From Candidatus Eiseniibacteriota bacterium (GTDB lineage: Bacteria > Eisenbacteria > RBG-16-71-46 > CAVPCR01), in the NCBI GenBank assembly GCA_963702435.1, contig CAVPCR010000001.1, positions 192,001 to 256,000 on the forward strand: DNA of 64,000 nucleotides, in the 5' to 3' direction. The position numbers and the translations under genes were made by a program. Position 1 is the stretch's first letter. Each line of letters starts with the position of its first letter. Positions 28,007-45,909 of this stretch are shown here, piece by piece. The notes under the pieces are model-generated. The model saw only the letters and a program-made list of their open reading frames with translations. It made no database searches and was not told where the DNA came from.

Positions 28007-28945
28007 CTACTCGAGCGCGGCCAGCTCGCGGCGCACCCGTTCGATGTCGACCTCCACCGTCCAGATGTCGAAGTTCCCCGAGCGCGTGCTGACGAAGGCG
28101 ATGCGCTTCCCGTCGGGGGACCAGGCCGGCCCGTCATCGTAGCCGGGGTGCGACGTGATCTGCACGCGCGGGCCGCCCGTTGCGGACATGACCCAGATGT
28201 CGCACGCGCGCCCCTCACACCAGACGACGGCGAGGAGAGAACCGTCCGGCGACAGGTCGGCGTACCGGTAGACCGATTCCCTCTCGGGAGTCACCTGCCG
28301 CCTTGCCTGTCCGTCGGCGGAAAGCTCCCAGATGGACGAGCTCGGCCCCTCGGCATCACGGCGGCAGACGAAGATCTCCTGCCCGCCCTGCGACCAGCAC
28401 AGCGGAAGCGTGGTCTGGCTCGAATCGCTCAGGATCTTCTCGAACCGGCCGCTCGCCACGGTGAGCAGCCACAGGTTCACCCCCTCCTTGAAGACGATCC
28501 GCGAGCCGTCCGGAGACCATTTCGGCTGGCCGCCCTTCGCGACCGGGATGGACTCCGGGACGATGCGGATGGGAGTCCCGCCCGTCGCCGAGACGACCTG
28601 GATCGTGCCGCCGTAGTCCCCATCGAACGCGATGTAGCAGCCGTCGGGCGACCAGTCGGGATGCTCCCCGATGACGGTGGTCAACCGGCGCGGCTCGCCG
28701 CCGTCCGGCGACATTACGTAGAGGCCGGTCTTCTCCGGTGCGGAGTCGCCGCCGTAGCGGGAGAAGACGATCTCCTGGCCGTCAGGGGACCACGAAGGGA
28801 ATCCGTCCTGCGCCGGGTCGTCGGTGAGTCGCACTGGATGGTCTTCCGCCAGGTCCGCCGCCCGGGCGCTCGCATCGCCGGCGAGCAATCGCACGACGAC
28901 CAGGCCGGCAAGGAGCATGGCCGGGCTACAGATCGCGTTTCTCAT
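28007..28945 (-). CDS. TolB-like PD40 beta-propeller, exported
   Basis: Repeated PxWSPDG motifs; signal peptide. Confidence 0.9.
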   Translation of the reverse strand: MRNAICSPAMLLAGLVVVRLLAGDASARAADLAEDHPVRLTDDPAQDGFPSWSPDGQEIVFSRYGGDSAPEKTGLYVMSPDGGEPRRLTTVIGEHPDWSPDGCYIAFDGDYGGTIQVVSATGGTPIRIVPESIPVAKGGQPKWSPDGSRIVFKEGVNLWLLTVASGRFEKILSDSSQTTLPLCWSQGGQEIFVCRRDAEGPSSSIWELSADGQARRQVTPERESVYRYADLSPDGSLLAVVWCEGRACDIWVMSATGGPRVQITSHPGYDDGPAWSPDGKRIAFVSTRSGNFDIWTVEVDIERVRRELAALE

Positions 28946-29504
28946 GGCCGCCCTCCCCCGGGACGCGCTGCAACTGCGGTCGAGGATACTCCGCCGTCCG
29001 GGGCCAGTCACGCCGGTCACGGGGCGCTTCCGCGGCCGGCCCGCCGGGGGCCGGCAGGGAGTCCCCCCGGGGACCACGCGGGTGGGGCGGGCGCTCGGCC
29101 CCCCGCGGTTCGCCCCAGGGATCGCTCCGGGGATCGCCCCGGGGATCGCCCCCACCGGCCGCTCGGCCGCTACCGGACAGAGCCGCCGGCGGGCGGCTCC
29201 GCCCCGGGGAGGCCGCGCGGGGCCGGCGCCCGCCCCGGCCCACACCTTCCCAGCGTCCCCTGGACCACGCCCCCCCGCCCGATGTGCTACACTCCGCGGA
29301 CCAGGAACGTGGGGAGGGCGGCCCCCGGCCGCCCTTTGCCACAAGGGGCCGTTCGTTCGATCCCAGCTTCTTCTTGCTCGTTCGCTGAGGGCTGGACCGA
29401 AGGATGGATACGATCGGGCGTTCGAGTCATGTGGGATGCGGGTCGCCACCGCCTGGAGTTGGCGTTCCGCCAGGCAAGCACGCATAGATAGAGGAAACCT
29501 CGCG

Positions 29505-29873
29505 ATGGGCAAGAAGCTTTACGTTGGCAATCTCTCTTACAACGTCGGCGACAACGATCTGGCGCAGATGTTCGGGCAGTATGGAACCGTGGAATCCGCG
29601 CAGGTGATCGTGGATCGCGACACGGGGCGGTCGAAGGGCTTTGGCTTCGTCGAGATGAGTAGCGACCAGGAGGCCCAGGCCGCTATCTCCGGTCTCAACG
29701 GCACCGAGGCCGACGGTCGCACCCTGACCGTGAACGAGGCTCGTCCGAAGGAGTCCTCGGGCAGCCGCGGCGGCAGCGGCGGCGGCGGCGGCTACGGCGG
29801 CCGGGGCGGCAGCGGCCGCGGCGGCTATGGCGGCGGCGGTGGCTACGGCGGCGGCAGCAGCCGGCGCTACTAG
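29505..29873 (+). CDS. RRM-domain RNA-binding protein with Gly-rich tail
   Basis: RNP2 LYVGNL, RNP1 KGFGFVEM. Confidence 0.97.
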   Translation: MGKKLYVGNLSYNVGDNDLAQMFGQYGTVESAQVIVDRDTGRSKGFGFVEMSSDQEAQAAISGLNGTEADGRTLTVNEARPKESSGSRGGSGGGGGYGGRGGSGRGGYGGGGGYGGGSSRRY

Positions 29874-29900
29874 ATCTTAAGCCGGCATCTCCGACGATCA

Positions 29901-29940
29901 AGGGGCCGGATCCCGCGGGATCCGGCCCCTCGTCTTTTCC
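29901..29940 (+). terminator. intrinsic terminator
   Basis: aggggccggatccc-gc-gggatccggcccct perfect inverted repeat, then cgtctttt, between convergent genes. Confidence 0.85.
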
Positions 29941-29957
29941 GCCCGGCGGCCTGCGCT

Positions 29958-30437
29958 TCAGATATGAGCGCGGGTGCCGACCCCGAAGTGCGCGATCTTC
30001 GGGTTCGCGAGCCGCTTGAAGTCAGCGAAGTCCATGCGGATCGCCTCGGTGTGCGTCCCGGCGTTGAACACGATGGACGGATCGGCGGCCAGCCGATCGT
30101 CCACGAAGACCGGGAGCCCGTAGAGATTCCCGAACGGCGGCATGGCACCCAGCTCGCACTCCGGGAAGAGCTGCTTGAACTCCTCCTCGGCGGCCAGGGC
30201 CACCGCCTTGGCGCCGACCGCCTCGCGGAAGGCGCTCATGTCGACCTGGATCGGGGCCGGCATCACCGCCATCACGAACTTGCCGTCCACCTTGAGGATG
30301 GTGGTCTTGGCGAGCTCCCAGCCGTGGATGTGCATCTTGGCGGCGATCTCCTGGGCCGTGTAGGCCCGGGAGTGCTGGAGGCTCAGGTACTTGACGTGTT
30401 GCTCGTCGAGGAACTTCTTGAGCCGGGCCGATGGCAT
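29958..30437 (-). CDS. YbaK/EbsC family aminoacyl-tRNA deacylase-like protein
   Basis: LAKTTIL, FPECELGAMPPFG, FNAGTHTEA. Confidence 0.92.
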   Translation of the reverse strand: MPSARLKKFLDEQHVKYLSLQHSRAYTAQEIAAKMHIHGWELAKTTILKVDGKFVMAVMPAPIQVDMSAFREAVGAKAVALAAEEEFKQLFPECELGAMPPFGNLYGLPVFVDDRLAADPSIVFNAGTHTEAIRMDFADFKRLANPKIAHFGVGTRAHI

Positions 30438-30544
30438 CGCCACTCCCCCTTTCCGTCGCGAGCGTGCGACTCGGACGGCCGGGCCCGCCGTTGTCCCAAG
30501 CGTAACGCCGCCTGGCCCCATCGTCAAAGCCCGCTCAAGAGGCA

Positions 30545-30685
30545 CGCGCGCGGGGCGCACGGGGCGCGCGGGGCGCACGGAGCTCGCGGGGCGCGCGGGG
30601 CGCACGCGGCGTACGGGGCGCACGGGACGCACGGAGCGCACGGAGCGCGCGGGGCGCACGGGGCACGGGGCGCGCGACGCGCGCT
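30545..30685. repeat. 9-bp GC-rich tandem repeat (gggcgcacg-like)
   Basis: About 14 degenerate copies visible. Confidence 0.85.
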
Positions 30686-30777
30686 GCCCGCGTCCGGCGA
30701 GTTTCGCCGGCCGGCACGCCAGCGTGTCCTGCTGCCGCAACCGCCGGCCGGCGAGTGTTTGAGCCGGAGCGGGCAGC

Positions 30778-30885
30778 CGCGGAGCAGCGCCCCCGCAGCG
30801 GAGCGCCGCCCCACCGCGGAGCAGCGCCCCCGCAGCGGAGCAGCGCCCCCGCAGCGGAGCAGCGCCCCCGCCGCCGCGGAGCCGG
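30778..30885. repeat. ~19-bp tandem repeat (gcggagcagcgcccccgca)
   Basis: About 5 imperfect copies. Confidence 0.85.
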
Positions 30886-30912
30886 CCCCGTAGGCAACCG
30901 CAGAGCAGCCGG

Positions 30913-32157
30913 CTAGAACCGCAAGAGCCCGACGCGGAAGTGCCCCGCCGCGACCCCGCGCCCGAGCGACACGTTCGTCAGGTCGATCGCCCGCGCAAAC
31001 GCCTCGCAGATGTTCATCGTATCGCCCGAGTCGGTGAAGGTGATGTCGATGTCGGCGCAGGTGTCGTCGCCATCCACGTCCCCGTCGCCGTCCACGTCGA
31101 CGCCGACCGGGACCTCCTCGGTCGAGCCGGCGAAGGTGGCGAGGACTCGCCCGCGATGGGTCACCGATCCCGTCACGTCGGCGATCAGATCCTCGATCTC
31201 GTTCGGGTCGGGACGGAAGTTGGAGAGAGCGGCCACGATCGCCAGCGGCGGCGTCGCGGCGTCGTCCGTGCGGCCGCAACCGAAGAGGATCGTGATCTCC
31301 TCCGGCAGGTCGTCCGTGACGTTCAGCTGATTCAGATCGAGGACCAGCAGGTAGTTCGGGTCGAGAGCGGTGTTGACGGCGCGGAGAGCAGTGCGCACGT
31401 CGTCGGTCGTCTCGTCGTGGAGGAAATCGAAGGCGAGACGGCCCATGTAGCAATTGGTGAGATTGCTCGGGGCATCCACGTCACCGATGGCGACGCGGTC
31501 ATAGGCGCCGGTCGCCGGGTCGAGGACCGCGGCGAACGGCACGCGGACGATCGGAACCTGGACCGGGTCGATCTGAACTTCCCAGGTCACTCCGGTGAGG
31601 AGCATCTCCGATCCCACGGTCTCGGTCGTCACGTGCAGGAAGCGGATCTCGCCGGAAATGTGGCGCGCGCCCGGCCCCTCGCCGATCACGAAGTCGTCAT
31701 CCTCGCTGAAGTGGAAGATGAAGCCGTCCGCCGGCGCCTCGGCGACCCAGACCCACCCGGGGAAGGGCTCGGCGGTCGACGTCACGTCCCGCTCGTAGGT
31801 CCCGTACGGCGGCACGGCCGGTGCTCGGCCCGGGCCCCGCTCGGCAGCCGGCATCGGCCGCGCCGTTGCGGCCGCCTTGAAATCGAGCGGCACGGTGCCG
31901 CCGGCGCGCCCGAGCGGATCGAGCGTGAGGCCGACCTGGCTCATCAGCGCCTCGACCGGAGCCTGCCCCGCCATCGCGAGCGCCGGATCGGCGGCCAGGT
32001 CCGTGGCGAACCCCTCGAGGTCCGCCAGCGATGCATTCATGATCTCGACGTTCGACTGCTCCGAGTCTTCCCCGTCGCCGCAGCCGGCGGCGAGCAGGAC
32101 GAGCGCAACCAGACAGGCGGGGGTGAGGACACCCGGCGCGGCAAAGCGGGACTTCAT
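30913..32157 (-). CDS. hypothetical acidic lipoprotein
   Basis: Lipobox LAAGC; DVDGDGDVDGDD Ca-binding-like loop; AGGAGG RBS. Confidence 0.8.
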   Translation of the reverse strand: MKSRFAAPGVLTPACLVALVLLAAGCGDGEDSEQSNVEIMNASLADLEGFATDLAADPALAMAGQAPVEALMSQVGLTLDPLGRAGGTVPLDFKAAATARPMPAAERGPGRAPAVPPYGTYERDVTSTAEPFPGWVWVAEAPADGFIFHFSEDDDFVIGEGPGARHISGEIRFLHVTTETVGSEMLLTGVTWEVQIDPVQVPIVRVPFAAVLDPATGAYDRVAIGDVDAPSNLTNCYMGRLAFDFLHDETTDDVRTALRAVNTALDPNYLLVLDLNQLNVTDDLPEEITILFGCGRTDDAATPPLAIVAALSNFRPDPNEIEDLIADVTGSVTHRGRVLATFAGSTEEVPVGVDVDGDGDVDGDDTCADIDITFTDSGDTMNICEAFARAIDLTNVSLGRGVAAGHFRVGLLRF

Positions 32158-32282
32158 GGCAACCTCCTGGGTTCGGCCCGGAACGGCGGCAGGCGCGCGG
32201 CGGACGGCCGCGGCGCGCGACGACTCACGGGGGTTATCGGCCGGGGCGGGCGTGACCTTGAGAAGGAGCCCGGCGGACTGTG

Positions 32283-32591
32283 TTACTTCCCGGGCACGCC
32301 GAGCCAGCCGCGCGAGAAGTAGTCGCTCATCAGAATCAAGATCAGGAGGACGAGCCAGATGAATCCCGACACCACCACGAGCCAGGTGAGCCGGGTCGCG
32401 TAGCGGACGTGCATGAAGAAGAGGATGACGAGCGTCATCTTGATGACCGCGATGGTGAGCGCGATCACGTTGTTGAGCGCCCCGAAGTCCTGGAAGGCGA
32501 CCCAGATGGTGGTCGCCGTGAGCGCCATCAGGATCGCGAAGATGAGCACGTAGGTGCGGACCGGAACGACGTGCACCGCGGACTGGGACAT
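32283..32591 (-). CDS. cytochrome c oxidase subunit IV (caa3-type)
   Basis: 3 TM helices, IAVIKMTLVILFFMHVRY; operon position. Confidence 0.9.
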   Translation of the reverse strand: MSQSAVHVVPVRTYVLIFAILMALTATTIWVAFQDFGALNNVIALTIAVIKMTLVILFFMHVRYATRLTWLVVVSGFIWLVLLILILMSDYFSRGWLGVPGK

Positions 32592-32604
32592 GACTCCTGC
32601 GCTC

Positions 32605-34996
<2,392 letters not shown>

Positions 34997-35013
34997 CGAG
35001 TTATCTTCCGCCT

Positions 35014-35982
<969 letters not shown>

Positions 35983-35984
35983 CG

Positions 35985-36857
35985 CTAGCTCAACCTCGTC
36001 GGCGCCGGGGCGACCCGCGCGCCCGCGCGCGTCCGGCGATCGCGGCGCCACGACCCGATCATGAACAGCGCGATCGCGGCGAGCGTCAGGACACCGCCGG
36101 CCCGGATGCCGTTCACCACGGCCGCTCCGTACGTGCCGGTCTCCGGGTCATAGTGGAAGCAGAAGAGAAGGACCTGATCGACGAAGCTCCCGATCTTCCC
36201 GGCCGAGGCCTCGACCAGGGCGAGGCGGATGTCCTTGGGCGCGTACTCGATGCCGAAGAGATAGCGCGAGATCTGACCCTGCGGCGTCAGCACCATGATC
36301 CCCGCCGCGTGCGCGTACTGGTTCGACGCGGCGTCGTAGCGGTAGCGGAAACCCACGGCGCCGGTCAGCGCCGCGATGGCCGGCTCGTCCCCGGTCAGGA
36401 AGTGCCAGCCCGCGGCCGCACCGGGTCGCCCGAGGAGCTCGACGTAGTTCGCCTTCTTCCTGGCGGCGAGGTCCGGCTTCTCGCGCGGGTCGAAGCTCAC
36501 GGTCACGATCTCGAAGTCCTCGCCCGGCGCGAACGGCACCGCCTTGAGTCCCGAGGTGACCCCGTTCAGGACCAGCGTGCAGAGCATCGGGCACTCGTAG
36601 TAGGAGAGCGTGAGGAGGACCGGGCGCTGCCCGAAGTACCGGCCGAGCTGGACCTCGGCCCCGGTCTCGTCGCGAAAGACGAGATCGAGCGGCACCTGGG
36701 CCCCGAGCTTCTGATCGAAGCCGACCCCCGCGAGCTCGGGCGGCAGGTTCGCCTCGGTCGACGGCGGCTCCGGCCGCTCCCCCATGCCGGGGATGGCGAA
36801 GGCGCTGAACGCGAGACCGAGACTCGCCGCGAGGAGGAGGACCAGCACGCGCTTCAT
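35985..36857 (-). CDS. SCO family copper chaperone
   Basis: CPMLC (CxxxC), YAHAAG, C-terminal TM anchor. Confidence 0.92.
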   Translation of the reverse strand: MKRVLVLLLAASLGLAFSAFAIPGMGERPEPPSTEANLPPELAGVGFDQKLGAQVPLDLVFRDETGAEVQLGRYFGQRPVLLTLSYYECPMLCTLVLNGVTSGLKAVPFAPGEDFEIVTVSFDPREKPDLAARKKANYVELLGRPGAAAGWHFLTGDEPAIAALTGAVGFRYRYDAASNQYAHAAGIMVLTPQGQISRYLFGIEYAPKDIRLALVEASAGKIGSFVDQVLLFCFHYDPETGTYGAAVVNGIRAGGVLTLAAIALFMIGSWRRDRRTRAGARVAPAPTRLS

Positions 36858-37309
36858 GGCTTCTCCGCTGCGACCGGCGCCGCCGCCGCTGCTGCCGGCG
36901 GCGCCGCGACCGGCGGCAAGCCGCGCTCGGCGATCAAGGCCATCGCCTGCTCGATCGGGATCCGCACGCGGCCCGCCGCGCGGTCCACCCACGCGTAGCC
37001 CGCGAGCGCCGCTCCTTCCTCGGCGCGGAAGGCGGCCATGTCCGCCTCCGGCGTCACCTGGAGGCGCGGCCCCGGCGGCGGCGGTGGTTGAGTGCGCTCG
37101 ACGATGGCGAGCGGCTTCGGATCGCGTGCCTCCTCGCGCGCGAGGAGGCCGCGGAAGAGGAACCACATGAGGACGGCCGAGACGAGCGTCGCCGCGGCCA
37201 CCGCGACGAGGAAGATGGCGATCGACCGGACATCGATCTCCCGGTCGATCCGGCCGGGCGCGTGCGAGTTCTCGGGCTCCCGCCGTGGTCGCGCGTTGTG
37301 CTCACGCAT
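36854..37309 (-). CDS. ActG-like single-TM protein
   Basis: PRLQ...YAWVDR..GRVRIPIEQAM; position after actF. Confidence 0.75.
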   Translation of the reverse strand: MREHNARPRREPENSHAPGRIDREIDVRSIAIFLVAVAAATLVSAVLMWFLFRGLLAREEARDPKPLAIVERTQPPPPPGPRLQVTPEADMAAFRAEEGAALAGYAWVDRAAGRVRIPIEQAMALIAERGLPPVAAPPAAAAAAPVAAEKP

Positions 37310-38483
37310 GGCCGAGGACCTCCGCGAGCTGGGGATCGTTCACCGGAAGGAGGGACCGCTGCATGAGGAGCGTGATGAAGAAGGCGACCCACAGCCCCCC
37401 GATCCCGGCGAGGACCGCGAGATCGATCCAGTGGAACGGCGGGCCCACCTCGTGGAAGGGCGGCCGCAGCTGCCAGAGGTAGTCCACCCAGCGCATGGCG
37501 AGCACCAGCGTGGCGATCCAGGCCAGGATCCGGATCGAGCCCTTGGCCGTGCGCGTGATCAAGAGGACGAAGGGCAGCGCGAAGTGGAGGATCGCGAGCC
37601 CGAGGGCGAGCGTGCGCCAGTTCCCCTTCATCCGGTGCACGTACCAGGTGATCTCCTCCGGCAGGTTGCCGGACCAGATGATGATGAGCTGCGACACCGA
37701 GAAGTAGGCCCACAGCATGACGAAGGCGAACATCAGGTTGCCGTAGTCGAAGAAGTGCTTCTTCCGGAAAACGGTCGCGAGCGGCTCCCGCCCGGCGAGA
37801 TAGGCGGCGACCACGATCGTGAAGGCGATGGCCGCGAGCGCGGTCGTCCCGATGAAGTAGACGCCGTAGATGCTCGAGAACCAGTGCGGCTCGAGCGACA
37901 TCATCCAGTCGAACGCGAAGAAGCTCGCGACGAGCGAGTAGACGATGATCCCCGGGGCCGAGAGGTTCCGCATCTTCTTCCGGAGTTCGGGGTCGCCCGT
38001 CGCGTCCTGCGCGCTCGACCAGCGGGTGAGGAGATAGGTGAGGATGCCGAGGAGCGCCGCATAGACGATCGCGCGCAAGGCGAAGCTCTGCGCGTTCAGG
38101 TAGGGCGCCTTGTGCTGGAGGAGCTCGTCGTGCGCCACGTGCTCGGGCCGGGCCCACTCGTAGAGATGGTCGAGCCCGAGGACCACCGGCAGGCCGAGGA
38201 GGACGATGAGCGGAAGCGTGCGCGCGCCGGCCTCGAGCACGCGCCGGATCATGATCCCCCATCCCCCGCCGGTCAGATGGTGCAGCATCATGATCGCGAG
38301 GCAGCCGAACGGAATGGCGAGCCAGAAGACATAGCCGACGAGATACGAGCGGTAGAACTGCTCCCGGTCGGCCATCCCCCCGATCACGGCAAGGACGGCG
38401 CCGGCCACTCCGACGAGGAGGGCGGCGCCGCGGATGCGGCCGAGATCGGCCGGCGGCGTGAAGGTACTCGTCTGTGCGCTCAT
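37302..38483 (-). CDS. actF: alternative complex III subunit F
   Basis: About 10 TM helices; DWMMSLEPHWFSSIYG, WSGNLPEE. Confidence 0.92.
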   Translation of the reverse strand: MSAQTSTFTPPADLGRIRGAALLVGVAGAVLAVIGGMADREQFYRSYLVGYVFWLAIPFGCLAIMMLHHLTGGGWGIMIRRVLEAGARTLPLIVLLGLPVVLGLDHLYEWARPEHVAHDELLQHKAPYLNAQSFALRAIVYAALLGILTYLLTRWSSAQDATGDPELRKKMRNLSAPGIIVYSLVASFFAFDWMMSLEPHWFSSIYGVYFIGTTALAAIAFTIVVAAYLAGREPLATVFRKKHFFDYGNLMFAFVMLWAYFSVSQLIIIWSGNLPEEITWYVHRMKGNWRTLALGLAILHFALPFVLLITRTAKGSIRILAWIATLVLAMRWVDYLWQLRPPFHEVGPPFHWIDLAVLAGIGGLWVAFFITLLMQRSLLPVNDPQLAEVLGHA

Positions 38484-38511
38484 CCTTCGCTCTTCCTGGT
38501 CTCTCGCCGCC

Positions 38512-39132
38512 TCAACGGCCGGCACCGGGCTCGGCCTCGAGCTCCCGGCGGACCTCGTCCGGCACGTCGTCGAGGGTCGCGTTCTGGCTCAGCTGGAGCA
38601 CCCGGATGTAGGCGGCGATCGCCCAGCGATCGCCCGCCGGCACCTGGGCGGCGTAGCTCGGCATCTTGGCGAACCCGTTGGTCATCACGTCGAAGAAGTA
38701 GCCCGGCCGCGCCTGGCGGAGGCGATCGATGTGGAGCGAGGGTGGCTGCTTGTAGCCGCGGCGCACCACCATGCCGAGCCCGTTCCCCGCCTGGTCGTGG
38801 CACGGGGCGCAGTAGATGTTGTAGCGCTCGCGCCCGCGCGCGAGGAGCTCCTCGTCCACCGGGAGCGGGAAGCTCGCGGCGAGCTGGTCGCCCTCGATCC
38901 CGGTGTGGAAGGTGCGGTCCGCCTTGAGCTGGCCGCGAGCCACGGTTCCCGCCGGGATCGGGCGCGCGCCGACGCCATCGGCGAAGAAGCGCGACTTCTC
39001 GAGCGGATCGATCCGCGGCTGGTAGCGGAGGTCGCGGTGACAGCCGGTCGATCCGACGGCGACGGCGGCCACGGCGATCGCGACGACCAGGACAGGGATG
39101 CGGCTCCGGGCGGATCTCGACTCAGCTCTCAA
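38512..39132 (-). CDS. actE: alternative complex III monoheme cytochrome c subunit E
   Basis: Lipoprotein signal, FFADG...PAGTVARG, YCAPCH, DRWAIAAY. Confidence 0.92.
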   Translation of the reverse strand: MRAESRSARSRIPVLVVAIAVAAVAVGSTGCHRDLRYQPRIDPLEKSRFFADGVGARPIPAGTVARGQLKADRTFHTGIEGDQLAASFPLPVDEELLARGRERYNIYCAPCHDQAGNGLGMVVRRGYKQPPSLHIDRLRQARPGYFFDVMTNGFAKMPSYAAQVPAGDRWAIAAYIRVLQLSQNATLDDVPDEVRRELEAEPGAGR

Positions 39133-39663
39133 CTTCGGCGACCTCGCTTGGCCGGAGGCCTCTCAGGAACTGCTCGGTGCCGGCGCGCTCGAACCTGGGG
39201 TCGGCAGCCTCGATCGTGAGGAAGAAGCGGTCGCGCGTCACGCCGGCAAAACGCGCGTGATTGAACACCGGATGGTAGGGCTCGGGGAGCCCGCACAGGA
39301 CGAAGAGCCCGACGACGGTCGAGAGCGCGGCGAAGAGCACCGTCAGCTCGAAGGTGACGGGCACGAAGCTCGGCCAGCTGAAGTAGGGGCGCCCGCCGAT
39401 GTTGAGCGTGTAGAAGTGCTCGAATGATATCCACTGGAACATGAACCCGGCGAACCCGCCGACGGCGCCGCCGGTGAGCACGATCCAGGGGAGGCGGGAC
39501 GGCGGATGGCCGAGCGCCTCGCCGAGCCCCTCGATCGGGAACGGGCTGTACGCCTCGACCCGGCGGTAGCCGGCCGCGTGCGCCGCCGCCGCCGCATCGA
39601 TCAGCTCCTGGGCCGATCCGAACTCGGCGATCAGGCCGTGCCGGGTCTCCCGGCTCGCGTGCT

Positions 39664-39667
<4 letters not shown>
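39122..39667 (-). CDS. actD: alternative complex III subunit D (DUF3341)
   Basis: EAYSPFPIEGL, GGRP..SWPSFVPVTFELTVL. Confidence 0.93.
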
Positions 39668-44168
<4,501 letters not shown>

Positions 44169-44242
44169 GACTTGGGCTTCCTCTTTCGCGCGCGGTCGCC
44201 GGGCGCCCAGCCGCCCGCGATCCGCGCCGTTCCGGACCTGAG

Positions 44243-44893
44243 CTAGCGGTGACAGGTCGAGCAGTGCGTGAGGCTCTTGATCTTGTACTCCTGGACCAGA
44301 GCCCGGCGCAGGCTGTCCGCGTCGGCCGGCGGCTGCCAGGTGAGGTTGAAGACCTCGGCCCGCGGCCGCACGTGCTGCTCGGGGTTACGGTGGCAAGCGA
44401 GACACCACTCCATGCGGAGCGAGGCGTCCTGCCATATGAGCGGCATCTTGTCCACGCGCCCGTGGCAGGTGACACAACCCATGCCCTTGGCCACGTGGAT
44501 CGAGTGATCGAAGTACACGTAATCGGCGAGATTGTGCACGCGGGTCCATTCGATCGGCTTCCCGGTGCGGTAGCTCTCGCGGACCGGTGCGAGCATCGGA
44601 CTCTCGGACCAGATCTGCGTGTGGCAGTTCATGCAGGTCGCCGTCGGCGGCATGCCGGCGAACCCCGCGCTCTCGACCGAGGCGTGGCAGTAGCGGCAAT
44701 CGATGCCGATCGCGCCGACGTGGTGGTCGTGGCTGAAGGGCACCGGCTGGGTGAGGATGGCGTCCTCGCCGGTCGTGTAGCCCGACCGATCGACGGCGTA
44801 GACCGCGTAGGCCACGGCGGCCAGGAGGGCGCCGACGACCACGACGGACGCCTTCGCCAGGGCGTTGGAGCTCGAAGGAAAAAGCTGTGCCAT
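44243..44893 (-). CDS. actA: alternative complex III pentaheme cytochrome c subunit A
   Basis: N-terminal TM, QPVPFSHDHH, five CxxCH (CRYCH, CMNCH, CVTCH, CLACH, CSTCH). Confidence 0.95.
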   Translation of the reverse strand: MAQLFPSSSNALAKASVVVVGALLAAVAYAVYAVDRSGYTTGEDAILTQPVPFSHDHHVGAIGIDCRYCHASVESAGFAGMPPTATCMNCHTQIWSESPMLAPVRESYRTGKPIEWTRVHNLADYVYFDHSIHVAKGMGCVTCHGRVDKMPLIWQDASLRMEWCLACHRNPEQHVRPRAEVFNLTWQPPADADSLRRALVQEYKIKSLTHCSTCHR

Positions 44894-45029
44894 GAATGAG
44901 TTGGAGCGTGGGGGCGGCACCGCCCGGGTGACATGGAGCGGCGCCCAAGCCTGGTCAAGATCAAGAACGGCGAAGGCTAGCACCGGCTTCGCGGGGGATG
45001 CAAGCCCCGTCTCGGCACCCGCCGGCGCG

Positions 45030-45195
45030 GGGCCGGGGGCGGTGTGGGGCCGGGGGCGGCCGGTGCGGGGGCGGCGCGGTCGGCGGCGGTGGGGCGCGGG
45101 CGGGCGGCCGGTGCGGGGGCGGCGCGGTCGGCGGCCGGTGCGGCGGCGGTGGGGCGCGGGCGGGCGGCCGGTGCGGGGGCGGCGCCGGCCGGGAC
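45030..45195. repeat. G-rich low-complexity tandem repeat upstream of actA
   Basis: Recurrent gggcggccggtgcgggggcggcgc and ggcggcggtggggcgcgggc units. Confidence 0.8.
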
Positions 45196-45360
45196 GCTGA
45201 CGCCGGGCTCCTCGCACCGAGGCTTCAGGGGGCGGCGGGAGTCGGCCCGAAGGCGGCGGCCGGCGGCGGAGCGGATGTGAGCCCCCGTACCGCGAGCGCG
45301 AGGAGCCAGCGCTTCTCCCGGGGGACCAGGCCGGCGAGTCCGAGCATCGAGCCGCTCCCC

Positions 45361-45515
45361 TCACCGATCGTGGTGAGTATCTCGCCAGCCGAGCCAGCCG
45401 GCCACCGGGCCGTCGCCCGCCCCGCACGTCCCGTAGCAGGGAGCGCAGTAGATGGCGAAAAGCTCCGCGCCGCGAGCCCGGTTGCCGGCCGTGTCCGGGA
45501 TCGGGTTCAGAACGA
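45361..45515 (-). pseudogene. c-type cytochrome (ActE-like) remnant
   Basis: LNPIPDTAGNRARGAELFAIYCAPCYG..GAGDGPVA; CxxCH reads CxxCY. Confidence 0.6.
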
Positions 45516-45747
45516 GCGCCGGAGTCCATCTTCTGGTTGGGGGGAGTATCGAAGACGTCGAAGAGAACCTCGCGCCCGGGTGTGAACTCCGTCGAAAGGG
45601 CCGCCGCAAGCAGGCTCGTGACCTGCGAGCCGAACCGCCGAGGATCGGGATAGCAACTCCGACGACCGAGCCATCCGCGAACGTGGGCAGGAGAACCAGA
45701 GTTCGTGAACGACGAGTCATCACGAGCCCATGCTGGTTGCCGGTACC

Positions 45748-45855
45748 AGCTAACGCCCAGGCTCAGCGGCGGGCCGCGCAGCGGCGCAAGTGTCAACGCC
45801 CGTAGAGCCGCAACCGTGGCGCGTCGCTCGTCGGTCTGCAGCGGCCTGCTTGCTG
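45748..45855 (-). mobile_element. attC-like site
   Basis: Minus strand cagcaag-caggccgctgcagaccgacgagcg...cccgccgctgagcctgggc-GTTAGCT. Confidence 0.65.
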
Positions 45856-45909
45856 CATACTGCCACCTCTGGCGCCGCCGGCTGGTTGATGAGGTTGTCA
45901 GATGGCCGA

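Noticed and set aside
44951..44964. FNR box upstream of actA (TTGAT-N4-ACCAG on the minus strand)
   Set aside because: The second half-site matches poorly; insufficient support.
44243..45796. 517-aa ActA with long N-terminus
   Set aside because: The extension crosses G-rich repeats and cassette debris; MAQLF at 44893 is the typical start.
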